Shown: positions 10,278-18,971 of the stretch, piece after piece | How positions within the stretch are numbered: position 1 is the first letter of the stretch | Layout of the letters: the number at the start of each line of letters is the position of its first letter | Source: an uncultured Vampirovibrio sp. | Lineage (GTDB): Bacteria; Cyanobacteriota; Vampirovibrionia; Gastranaerophilales; Gastranaerophilaceae | DNA length: 64,000 nt | NCBI GenBank assembly: GCA_910583725.1 | Contig: CAJTXZ010000011.1 | Coordinates: 6,219-70,218, forward strand | Direction of reading: 5' to 3' | The notes under the pieces: model-generated | What the model saw: the letters and a program-made list of their open reading frames with translations, nothing else | Told to the model about the DNA's origin: nothing | Databases searched by the model: none | Translations under genes and position numbers: made by a program

Positions 10278-10724
10278 ATGAAAATTCTTATAATTAATGG
10301 GCCAAATTTAAATATGCTCGGCAGAAGAGAGCCTGAAATATACGGCAGCACAACACTTTCAGACATCGAAGCCGAAATTTTGGAATATTCAAAAAAGTAT
10401 GATGATGTTCAAATTGAATTTTTCCAGTCAAACTCAGAAGGGCAAATAGTGGATAAAATCCAGGCATGTCTTGATAATTTTGACGGCATAATAATTAACC
10501 CTGCAGCCTACACCCACACCTCTGTTGCAATACGGGATGCCATAAAGGCTGTAAACCTTCCTGTGGTTGAGGTTCACCTTTCAAACATAAATGACAGGGA
10601 AGAATTTAGAAAAATATCATACACAGCACCTGTCTGCATAGGCCAGATAACAGGTTTTGGAAAGGATGGCTACAAGGCAGCGCTTTTCTGTCTGATTAGC
10701 CATATAAAATGTAACAATTGTTAA
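10278..10724 (+). CDS. aroQ: type II 3-dehydroquinate dehydratase
   Basis: [21 protein letters not shown] and VEVHLSN motifs; 148 aa. Confidence 0.9.
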   Translation: MKILIINGPNLNMLGRREPEIYGSTTLSDIEAEILEYSKKYDDVQIEFFQSNSEGQIVDKIQACLDNFDGIIINPAAYTHTSVAIRDAIKAVNLPVVEVHLSNINDREEFRKISYTAPVCIGQITGFGKDGYKAALFCLISHIKCNNC

Positions 10725-10761
10725 GAATTGTAACAAAAAATCGATAATTGCAGCGGCAAAA

Positions 10762-11673
10762 ATGAACAAGGAAGAAAAATTTTTAGATATAATAGCAAAA
10801 ACCCTCTCTAATAGCGGCTTTATCGGGGATGATTGTGCTTATTTGAAGGCGAAAAACCTTGTCATATCGCAAGATACGCTGGCTGAGGGCGTGCATTTCA
10901 GGCTGGACACTATTTCTGCCTATGATTTAGGTAAAAAAACCCTTCTTGTTAATATAAGTGACATCTTGGCATCAGGCGCAAAGCCTCTCTGGGCAACCAT
11001 TTCAGTATCTGGAAAACTAAAGGAAGATTTTATTAAAAATTTTTATAAAGGCATTAATGAAATCTGTAAAAAGTATGATGTAGAGGTTATTGGCGGAGAT
11101 TTAACCGGTGGAAATGAGCTTGTAGTCTCAGTTTCCATCTTAGGCGACACCGAGGGCAGAAATATCTCCTCAAGAAAGAATGCAAAGCCAGGATATATAG
11201 TGCTTTTAGCTGGCGAGCACGGCTCAAGTGCAGAAGGATTGGCTATTTTAACGGATAATAATCCTGAAAACCAGGATTACGACAGCTCTTTACGGGGATA
11301 TTTTATAAAAGCCCATATTGAGCCAACCTTGTACCCCAAAATCAGTGAAACCATTGCTATAACTGCAAAAGACCCTTATGCAATGATGGATACATCAGAC
11401 GGCCTTTATGACGCGCTTAAAAAGGTCTCAGAGGCCTCAGGAGTAGGCTTTGAGGTTGATTTTAATAAGGTTCCAAGACGAATAAACAATGCTAAAAAAG
11501 TGCTTTTTGGCGGGGAAGATTTTGGGCTTTTAATTTGCCTTAGCCGTCAAGATTACGATAAAATAAGACATTTGGGCCTTCCTGTCATTGCAAAGGCAAC
11601 AGAGGAAAAGAAAATCCTGATTGACGGAGCCCAAATACAGGAGGATGAGCGGTTTGCACACTTTCAAGATTAG
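10762..11673 (+). CDS. thiL: thiamine-monophosphate kinase
   Basis: IGDDCA, VNISDILASGAKP and MMDTSDGL motifs of the AIR-synthase-related ThiL family. Confidence 0.85.
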   Translation: MNKEEKFLDIIAKTLSNSGFIGDDCAYLKAKNLVISQDTLAEGVHFRLDTISAYDLGKKTLLVNISDILASGAKPLWATISVSGKLKEDFIKNFYKGINEICKKYDVEVIGGDLTGGNELVVSVSILGDTEGRNISSRKNAKPGYIVLLAGEHGSSAEGLAILTDNNPENQDYDSSLRGYFIKAHIEPTLYPKISETIAITAKDPYAMMDTSDGLYDALKKVSEASGVGFEVDFNKVPRRINNAKKVLFGGEDFGLLICLSRQDYDKIRHLGLPVIAKATEEKKILIDGAQIQEDERFAHFQD

Positions 11674-12313
11674 TACAATCATTACAGCAGGCGGCATTTC
11701 AAGCCGTTTCGGCTCAAATAAGCTGCTTGAAGAAATTCAAATTGATGGCAAAAAAACATCTGTAATCCTTGCAAGCATTGAAAAATTTGTTCCTTACTCG
11801 GCTGAAATTATTGTGCCATCTCATAATGACGTGAGAGAACATATCGAAAACTGCGCCCCAAAAGAGTTTCTCGCTAAGATAAAATTTGCAGATTTTGGAG
11901 ACACCCGCCAAAAGTCTGTTTTTAAGGGTTTATTAAAGTGTAATGAGAATCCGCCTGATTTTGTTCTTATTCATGACGGCGCAAGGCCTTTTGTGGAGCG
12001 GGATACGATAGAAAAAGCCATAGAAAAATTAAAAATATATAAAGGTGTGTGCGTGGGAGTTTTTGCTGTGGACACAATCAAAATTACAGACAGCAAGGGC
12101 ATTATCACGCGCACAATTGACCGTAACGCTGTATTTCAGGCGCAAACGCCTCAATGCTTTGATTTTAAAACAATTTTTGAAGCCCATTTTAAGCTTAAAG
12201 ATGAAAATTTTACCGACGATTCCAGCCTGCTGGAGCACTTTGGGGTGGATGTGTACGCCTTAAAGGCAAGTGCCGCAAATAAAAAGATAACATTCAAGGA
12301 AGATTTAGTGTAA
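11645..12313 (+). CDS. ispD: 2-C-methyl-D-erythritol 4-phosphate cytidylyltransferase
   Basis: IITAGGISSRFG nucleotide-binding motif and IHDGARPF. The start is uncertain: 11621 or 11645, and both overlap the thiL end. Confidence 0.85.
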   Translation: MSGLHTFKISTIITAGGISSRFGSNKLLEEIQIDGKKTSVILASIEKFVPYSAEIIVPSHNDVREHIENCAPKEFLAKIKFADFGDTRQKSVFKGLLKCNENPPDFVLIHDGARPFVERDTIEKAIEKLKIYKGVCVGVFAVDTIKITDSKGIITRTIDRNAVFQAQTPQCFDFKTIFEAHFKLKDENFTDDSSLLEHFGVDVYALKASAANKKITFKEDLV

Positions 12314-12370
12314 AAATTTTTTAGCAATTTTTTTGCCGTTTTTGTTTTTATTTTATAAAAAGGCATAAAA

Positions 12371-13654
12371 ATGAATAATCTAAAAGGTTTGAGCCAGGCT
12401 AATACAGCTAATATACAGAATATAAAGCAAAATGTGCCGCAGCAAAACGCTGTGACGCAACCCCCTGCTTCATTTCACGCTAAAGAAGATGGTGAAAACA
12501 AGCTTAAAAAGGCTATAACAGCCCTGTCTATAGCTGGTATTACGCTTGCTGCCGGGGTTGGAGTCTATTATTTAACAAAAGGAAAGGCAAAAAAGCCCTC
12601 TGCTGTTGATTTTAAGAAGGGTTTTGCCTTCAAAAAAGGCTCTAGTAAAGAATTTAGCGGCAAAATAAAACATAAAACAAAAGATGGCGACAAAATCACT
12701 TTGGTATACAAAAATGGAGTTTTGCAAAGTTCAAAAAGGCGCGGAAAGATAAATTTTGATAAGACTTTCAGCACACTAAACGGCGAAAAGTTTGTAAAAA
12801 CAACATCTGAGGGCATAACAACCGAGGTCAATATAACAAAACTTCATGACAATGCCCTGAAAACCAAAGTGTATTCTGTTAAAAAGGCTAAAAACGGCAA
12901 AATTCTCGTTCGCTTCCAAAAGGGCAAAAACATAAGCAGGCCGGTCGAATTGCCCGAATATTTATACCATATAACATCAAAAGCCTCAATGGAAAAAATT
13001 GAGCAGTCAGGTGTTCTAAAAATCTCCCAAAGAGAGCAATTGACGGGGCTTTACCTTTTAGACAGCGAAAATTTTCTAAACAGCTATGGTAATACAAAAG
13101 TCGGCAATCAAAACAAAGACCTCCTAAGTGCCATATTCAGGCAAGCAAATAAAGGAAATAAGGGCCTTCCGGCCTCTGAACAAAAACTTGTGGTGATAAA
13201 AATTCCAACAGAAGACCTCTTAAATAGCGGCAAATTAAGGATGAGATGCCAGGAAGATTTTTTCAATTATACAAAAGAAATACGGGCTGTAAATCAAAAG
13301 ACGGGAAAAAAATATGATTTAAGGAGTCTGTGTAATGACGCGCTGAGAGCGGAATTCAGGGATATTGTCCTATCTCAAAATATTATGAATGAAGCGCAAA
13401 TAGACAAATTTATAGATGAGATGACCTCTAAAATCCACCAGGGGTATAACTTAGGGCATGCCAAAAACTTGGCAAAAAATCACTCTGTTGAATATATTTT
13501 TAACCATAATATCAATCTATCGGATTATCCTAATATCAGGGTGCAGACAATTAAGCCTTTAGAGTATCTTTCAAATAACGACAAAACCTTTGATAGAGAT
13601 AAGGTTCAGACTATTTTTGATGGAAATTTTGAAGCGTTGCAACAGACTGCCTAA
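12371..13654 (+). CDS. membrane-anchored hypothetical protein with an uncharacterised C-terminal domain (possible ART-like fold)
   Basis: N/Q-rich N-terminus and a single TM (ITALSIAGITLAAGVGVYYL). MORN-variant-like stretch (LVYKNGVLQ). C-terminal domain begins YLYHITSKASMEKIEQSGVLKIS. Confidence 0.6.
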   Translation: MNNLKGLSQANTANIQNIKQNVPQQNAVTQPPASFHAKEDGENKLKKAITALSIAGITLAAGVGVYYLTKGKAKKPSAVDFKKGFAFKKGSSKEFSGKIKHKTKDGDKITLVYKNGVLQSSKRRGKINFDKTFSTLNGEKFVKTTSEGITTEVNITKLHDNALKTKVYSVKKAKNGKILVRFQKGKNISRPVELPEYLYHITSKASMEKIEQSGVLKISQREQLTGLYLLDSENFLNSYGNTKVGNQNKDLLSAIFRQANKGNKGLPASEQKLVVIKIPTEDLLNSGKLRMRCQEDFFNYTKEIRAVNQKTGKKYDLRSLCNDALRAEFRDIVLSQNIMNEAQIDKFIDEMTSKIHQGYNLGHAKNLAKNHSVEYIFNHNINLSDYPNIRVQTIKPLEYLSNNDKTFDRDKVQTIFDGNFEALQQTA

Positions 13655-13777
13655 AAACCTTGCAGCATAAGGGATATAAGGGGTTGCACGATATATATTT
13701 TGCATTTTTTAGAACGAATTTTTAGGGTGTCTTAATGTTTTGAAAACCCTTGCTATATCGGACTTTTAAGCGAAAAA

Positions 13778-15400
13778 TTATATAACTTCTTTCTCAAGGT
13801 CGGCTAAAAACCTGCTTGCAGGCTCATAATCAGGGTTTAAAGACAGACAATAGCTCATATTTGTTTGGGCTAAATCAAGCTCCCCAAGCATCATATCGGC
13901 AATTCCTCTGTAATAATAATATGTGTAACTATAATTATTCACAAAAGACGCTATATACAAAAAATTCTGCATTGGTTTTAGCTTTTTGCTTTCCGCCAAA
14001 TACGCCATATACTCGCTTCTTGCGCCTTCAAAAAACAAATTTTGCCCCAAAGATTTTAAGAGATATTCCCGCCTTTGTTTTGTATCATTCTTCAAAACCG
14101 TTATTGCGGCTATGTAATTTTCATAAAATAAATTTTTGTTGAGCGAATTTATCTGTTTTTCAAGTTTTGCAATATTTTTTTCGCTGCCCGGAATATTTTG
14201 GTATGCAAGGCTTAATTTTAGCATTATAACGGGGCTCTGCTTGTCGGTTTTTTGGGCTTTTTTATAATATTCAAGCGCCTTTGTGTAGTGTCCCTCAATA
14301 AAAGCTATATCGCCAAGTCCGATAAGGGTTGGGGCGTAGTTTTTATTCAGTTCATAGCTTTGTTCAAAATTTTTCTTTGCAAGCTCGTCCTTGCCTGTAT
14401 TTAGCTGGCTTTGTGCCTGCAGTGTTAAAATTTTATAATTTTTTGTAAAATTTAAAATATTCTGACATTCGTTAATTACCTTGTAATAGTCGCCGTTTAG
14501 GTAATTTATGTAAATAAGGTGGAATTTTTTTTCATTTTCATTAGAGGCCATATTCGCAAGTATAGTCTCTTTTTGCGCCGTTATTTCATTTTGAAATTCA
14601 GCCGTGATAGCACCTGTTTGCTCTGCTTTTTCTAAATATTTAAGCGCCTCTTTGTGCTTGCCTGACCTGTCAAGTATTTTTATCCTATAGCTTATGTAGG
14701 AAGGGTTTTCAGGGTTTCTTTTTATAGCTTCATCAATAAACATCAAAGCCTGCTGGTATTGCCTGCTCTCTAAAAGCGCCTGAGCCATCACAAAATTGGC
14801 ATAGTCTGATTTTTCCATAAGGCTCGTTTTTTTGTTTAAATCAAAAGCCGTCTCTTCGGGCGTATTGTCAAAATATATTGATGCATAGGCCTTTGCAAGG
14901 TAAATTTCTTCCTGCTTATCAAGAGGATAGCTGTCTTTGTAACTTTTTTTTAGGGTTTCAATCTGTTTTGCAAAATATGTCTGGTTTTTTATCTTTGAAA
15001 TTGCAACATCGCCCAGGGTGAAAAACCCTATTTTATACATACTTTTAGAGAAAATCAAAAGTGCTATGTCATTGTCCATCTCTGAAATTATTTTTGAATA
15101 ATCATTGTATGCGACAGAAACATTTCCCTGGTTAAATCTTCTTGTTGTTTCAATGAATTCCTGCCTTTGTCTGGCCTTTTCATCCAGTGAATCATAGGCG
15201 CTTTTTGAGTCTCCTTCAAGGTTTAAAAAATTATCCACAACCGTAATTAAATTAAAGGCCTTAGAAAATTCTTCAGCTGAATATGAAGGATTTTTTACAA
15301 AAAAAACAGCGCAGAATATTACAAGGGCAAAGAATATTTTTTTGCCTTTTTGTAAAGTTTTATTAAATTTCTTTATTTTTTTATCTATCATCCTTGGCAC
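13778..15400 (-). CDS. TPR-repeat protein (N-terminal membrane anchor/signal)
   Basis: Repeated ~34-aa A..Y...G.Y..A...Y..AL..NP patterns (e.g. ALMFIDEAIKRNPENP, ALEYYKKAQKTD). Overlaps the upstream gene by 20 nt, suggesting an operon. Confidence 0.75.
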   Translation of the reverse strand: MPRMIDKKIKKFNKTLQKGKKIFFALVIFCAVFFVKNPSYSAEEFSKAFNLITVVDNFLNLEGDSKSAYDSLDEKARQRQEFIETTRRFNQGNVSVAYNDYSKIISEMDNDIALLIFSKSMYKIGFFTLGDVAISKIKNQTYFAKQIETLKKSYKDSYPLDKQEEIYLAKAYASIYFDNTPEETAFDLNKKTSLMEKSDYANFVMAQALLESRQYQQALMFIDEAIKRNPENPSYISYRIKILDRSGKHKEALKYLEKAEQTGAITAEFQNEITAQKETILANMASNENEKKFHLIYINYLNGDYYKVINECQNILNFTKNYKILTLQAQSQLNTGKDELAKKNFEQSYELNKNYAPTLIGLGDIAFIEGHYTKALEYYKKAQKTDKQSPVIMLKLSLAYQNIPGSEKNIAKLEKQINSLNKNLFYENYIAAITVLKNDTKQRREYLLKSLGQNLFFEGARSEYMAYLAESKKLKPMQNFLYIASFVNNYSYTYYYYRGIADMMLGELDLAQTNMSYCLSLNPDYEPASRFLADLEKEVI

Positions 15401-17159
15401 ATTCTGTGTTGTAATATTTTAAAAATGTTGAAATAAATCTCTCCTCTTCAAGCGTGCGCTCTCTGTCCTTATGCAGAGCCATTAGCGTATACAAATTCAA
15501 AAGAGAATATTTATTTAAGATGGCTCTGTCATTTATATCAAGTTCAACAGAGCCTGTCAACATAACATCGATGATTTTATCTGTCTCAATTGAAAGAAAA
15601 GCATCGGCCATATTTTTATCAAAGTGTGTCCCGGAATCTTGAACTATTATATCAATCGCCTTTTCGATTGGCATCTTTGAGCGGTAATGTCTTTTTGATG
15701 TTATTGCATCAAACACATCAGAAACCGCTAAAATCCTTCCGCCTATCGGGATATCTTCGCCTTTTAGCTTTCTAAAATATCCGGAGCCGTTATATTTTTC
15801 ATGATGTGATGAGGCTATTTTTGCAACATCCTTATATTCTTTTGAAAAATAAATTTTACTTAAAATATCATCAGTTATTTTAACATGCTGCTGGATGTGT
15901 TTATATTCATCCTCTGTAAGCTTCCCCTCTTTTTGAAGAACAGAGTCTCTTATGCCGATTTTACCTATATCATGAAGAAGAGAAGCTTGGCGTATAATTT
16001 CCTTTTCTCTTGAATCAAGGTTTAATTTATCGCAAATTAGCATAGTATAAAGGGTGACGCGCTTTGAATGACCTGCTGTAATTTTGTCTCTGGCATCGAT
16101 TGAGGCTGAAAGCGTATCAACAAAGCTTGAAAGGAGGAGTCTTTGTTCTTCAATAAATTTTTTCTGTTTATTAAAAAGTGCCGCGTTTTCAAGCGCAATG
16201 CCCGCAGACGAGCCTATTGCAATAAGTAAATCTTCATCCTTTTCTGTAAAATATCCGTCTTTTTTGTTTAAAACCTGAAAAACGCCCACTATTTGATGGC
16301 TCATATTCCTAATCGGCATACAAAGGATTGATTTTGTAACATATCCTGTCTGGTTATCAATTTCTTTGTTAAACCTCTTATCCTTATAGGCTTCCTGAAT
16401 ATTCACGGTTTCGCCCGTTGTCGCAACGTGTCCCGCAAGCCCAAGGCTTGAATTAAACCTTATTTCTTTAGTATTCATGCCAAGTGCTACCTTTGACCAC
16501 AGCTCATTCTTTTCTTCATCTAAAAGAAAAACTGTACACCTGTCAGCATCAAGGGCAAGCTTTATTTCCTGTGCCACAACGGTTAAAAGATTGTCCATAT
16601 TTGTTTCAAGCGCAATTGTCCTTCCCACCTTTAAGAAGGCAATTAAAGGGTCCTCCGTGTGGTGTTTTGGAATAAAGCTTGGTTTTTCGCTTGATATCTG
16701 CTTTTTTTGGTTTATTTTTTTAATCTTTTCTTCAAAATTAAATATTTTTTCATCAAGGTCAAATTCTTCACTAATGGCAATATTTGACGCTCCGTGGATT
16801 AAATCTAAGGATACATCAATGTTTTCTTCCTCAAACTCAATCAGGCCAAGAAGGAACATATTTATTTTTTGCGCCAGATAAGATTCGGATGAATTTGCAA
16901 GGTATTTGGCGTCGTTTAATATGGCAAGGGTTTTATAATAGCTTAGTTTGTGCGTCTTATACTGTACATATGCAAAAAGCGACATTGAAAAAGATACTAA
17001 ATCAAAGGCTTTTATTGCAATGGAGGTTTTTCTTAAATCATCAATTGTGCCAATGTTTGCCCTTTTATTGTCATCAAGTGCAGTATTAAGCAAGGATATT
17101 AAATTATCCTTAATCCCCTCATAGTTCTTATCTTGTATATATAAAGTGTTGTTCAACAT
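15381..17159 (-). CDS. GAF-domain HD-GYP-family phosphodiesterase (GYP replaced by GYF)
   Basis: Central GAF-like segment (DRCTVFLLDEEKNELWS...GLAGHVATTG). C-terminal HD-GYP domain with LHDIGKIGI and HHEKYNGSGYF. Confidence 0.85.
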   Translation of the reverse strand: MLNNTLYIQDKNYEGIKDNLISLLNTALDDNKRANIGTIDDLRKTSIAIKAFDLVSFSMSLFAYVQYKTHKLSYYKTLAILNDAKYLANSSESYLAQKINMFLLGLIEFEEENIDVSLDLIHGASNIAISEEFDLDEKIFNFEEKIKKINQKKQISSEKPSFIPKHHTEDPLIAFLKVGRTIALETNMDNLLTVVAQEIKLALDADRCTVFLLDEEKNELWSKVALGMNTKEIRFNSSLGLAGHVATTGETVNIQEAYKDKRFNKEIDNQTGYVTKSILCMPIRNMSHQIVGVFQVLNKKDGYFTEKDEDLLIAIGSSAGIALENAALFNKQKKFIEEQRLLLSSFVDTLSASIDARDKITAGHSKRVTLYTMLICDKLNLDSREKEIIRQASLLHDIGKIGIRDSVLQKEGKLTEDEYKHIQQHVKITDDILSKIYFSKEYKDVAKIASSHHEKYNGSGYFRKLKGEDIPIGGRILAVSDVFDAITSKRHYRSKMPIEKAIDIIVQDSGTHFDKNMADAFLSIETDKIIDVMLTGSVELDINDRAILNKYSLLNLYTLMALHKDRERTLEEERFISTFLKYYNTECAKDDR

Positions 17160-17313
17160 AACCCTTCCTATAAGAAGATTATACTACATGTTTTCATTAA
17201 ACAAAATAAAACATGTTGTTGATTTTATGGCCGCATAATTTTTACACAAATTTACCGTTTTTTCATACGCGTTGCGAAGGGCTGGAACATTATTTTTACC
17301 TTCTAAAATTTCC

Positions 17314-17388
17314 TTATTAACATTTTTGACAAAAAACGTTAATAAGAGATTGCATTATTAACGTTTTTTGTCAAAATTTGTTAATAAG
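17314..17388. repeat. ~32-bp AT-rich inverted repeat (near-perfect arms, ~10-nt spacer)
   Basis: Left arm ttattaacatttttgacaaaaaacgttaataa (17314-17345). The right arm (17356-17388) is its reverse complement apart from one small indel or mismatch. Each arm ends in ttattaac/gttaataa sub-palindromes. Confidence 0.8.
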
Positions 17389-17393
17389 AAGGT

Positions 17394-17609
17394 TTATTCA
17401 ATGGAGGATTTTATGGTGTCGAGGAAGGTTTCAAATTCTTCGCAATTTTTTCTCATCTGTTTGCAAACTTTATAGCCAAGCTCTGAAAGCACTACCATAT
17501 CTATTTTTTCATAACTTTCGCTTATTTTTTTAAAAAGCATTTGCGCTTCCTGTGCGTGTTGCGCCATATCTACCCTAAATGCTTCAAGCGCTTCGTAGTT
17601 TGAGGACAT
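17394..17609 (-). CDS. small helical hypothetical protein
   Basis: 71-aa ORF in an otherwise ORF-free gap; no recognisable motif. Confidence 0.4.
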   Translation of the reverse strand: MSSNYEALEAFRVDMAQHAQEAQMLFKKISESYEKIDMVVLSELGYKVCKQMRKNCEEFETFLDTIKSSIE

Positions 17610-17873
17610 TTTTGTGTTACCTTAATATTTCTACATAAATTTTGTTTATTTTTTATAAAACCGAAGCCTAAAAAAGCCTGCTACATAAGATATACAGACT
17701 CAGGCCCGATTTTTATACAAAAAGTACGGCAAATTTTTGCCGGAGTTGCGTTTTTATGCTAATATTCGGACGTTAATTGATGTATAAATGTTACTACTTA
17801 ATTATACATGATTCTGCATAATTATCAAGCAGAAATGTGTATAATTTACAAAACTTTGCAAAAGGAAACAACT

Positions 17874-18167
17874 ATGTACGCCGACAGAATTAAACAATTG
17901 CGAAATAAATTAGATATTTCTGTCGCTAAGTTTTCTAAAAAAATTGGAGTGCCAGAAAGAACAATTACATCATACGAAAGAGGCGAACACGCTCCTTCTT
18001 TAGACTTTCTGGCTAAGCTTTGTATGAATCTAAATATCAACGCCAATTGGTTTATCTCAGGTGAAGGTGAAATGTTTAACGGGCAATCATCCCCAGATAA
18101 GGATACAAAAGAATTAATCCACAACGAAGTAAGAAAAATTCTAAAAGATGAAGGGGTTATAAAATAA
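17874..18167 (+). CDS. XRE-family helix-turn-helix transcriptional regulator
   Basis: RIKQLRNKLDISVAKFSKKIGVPERTITSYERGEHAPSLDFLAKLC is a classic Cro/C1 HTH. AAAGGAAA RBS precedes the ATG at 17874, so the 17808 start was rejected. Confidence 0.8.
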   Translation: MYADRIKQLRNKLDISVAKFSKKIGVPERTITSYERGEHAPSLDFLAKLCMNLNINANWFISGEGEMFNGQSSPDKDTKELIHNEVRKILKDEGVIK

Positions 18168-18197
18168 ATCGCTGTTTTACTTCAAACCTTGTAATAT

Positions 18198-18485
18198 TTA
18201 CGCTACTTTCAAGCTATATCCTAGAGTTTTTAGTATCTTTGCCAAAGTATCAACTTTTGGCACCCTTTCGCCCTTAAAAACACTGTACAGCATTGCTCTG
18301 TCAATCCCGGCCTTTTCACAAAAGCCTGAAATTGTACCTCTTGATTTAATCACAAGTTCCAGAGAGCGAAAAAAAGAGGCAAAATTGCCATCCTCAATAT
18401 ATTGCGCCAAAGATTGGTTCATATATTCTTTTTGGAATTCGGCATCTTTTAATTGTTCAAGTAAAAAATCATTTAAGTTGGACAT
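18198..18485 (-). CDS. addiction-module antidote protein (HigA-like HTH antitoxin)
   Basis: 95 aa, with a C-terminal HTH (ISGFCEKAGIDRAMLYSVFKGERVPKVDTLAKILKTLG). Its start directly abuts the toxin gene stop. Confidence 0.8.
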   Translation of the reverse strand: MSNLNDFLLEQLKDAEFQKEYMNQSLAQYIEDGNFASFFRSLELVIKSRGTISGFCEKAGIDRAMLYSVFKGERVPKVDTLAKILKTLGYSLKVA

Positions 18486-18800
18486 TTATTTATCTCCCAA
18501 AGTTTTTAAATATTCTTTTGCAATTTCTATATCTTTGCCTTGTCTTTGTTTGTCGCCTGCGTTTAAAAGTAAAACGACAATGTTATTTTGTATTGTGTAA
18601 TAAATCCTATAACCCTTGCCAAAAACGAAACGAAGTTCGTATAAATTAGGTGTAAGCTGTTTATGGTCGCCAAAATTATCATCATAAATGCGCTCCAGTC
18701 TTTTAATGATTTTAACTCTTGTCGTATTATCAAGCGACAATAACCAGTCCCTAACCGGCTCCTTTCCATTTTCAAGTTTATAGAACTCAATTTCTTTCAT
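18486..18800 (-). CDS. addiction-module killer protein (RelE/ParE superfamily, HigB/Gp49-like)
   Basis: 104 aa. IEFY...GKEPVRDWL...LYELRF..GKGYRIYY...VVLLLNAGDK pattern is typical of toxin-first RelE/ParE modules. Confidence 0.8.
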   Translation of the reverse strand: MKEIEFYKLENGKEPVRDWLLSLDNTTRVKIIKRLERIYDDNFGDHKQLTPNLYELRFVFGKGYRIYYTIQNNIVVLLLNAGDKQRQGKDIEIAKEYLKTLGDK

Positions 18801-18913
18801 ATTTATATTGTAGTGTTTTCACTACAAAATTTCAAGAGGAGAGTTTAAAAAAAGCGATTAATCCATTCAAAAAATTTGATTGCGGAATATCAACCATAAA
18901 GCCAAAAACACAT

Positions 18914-18955
18914 CAAAAAAAGAGGAAAATCCTTTTGGAAATTCCTCTTTTTTCC
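18914..18955 (-). terminator. putative intrinsic terminator downstream of pgk
   Basis: Stem agaggaa (18921-27) / ttcctct (18943-49), flanked by A/T runs on both sides. Confidence 0.5.
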
Positions 18956-18971
18956 TTGTGTTTATTAACTT

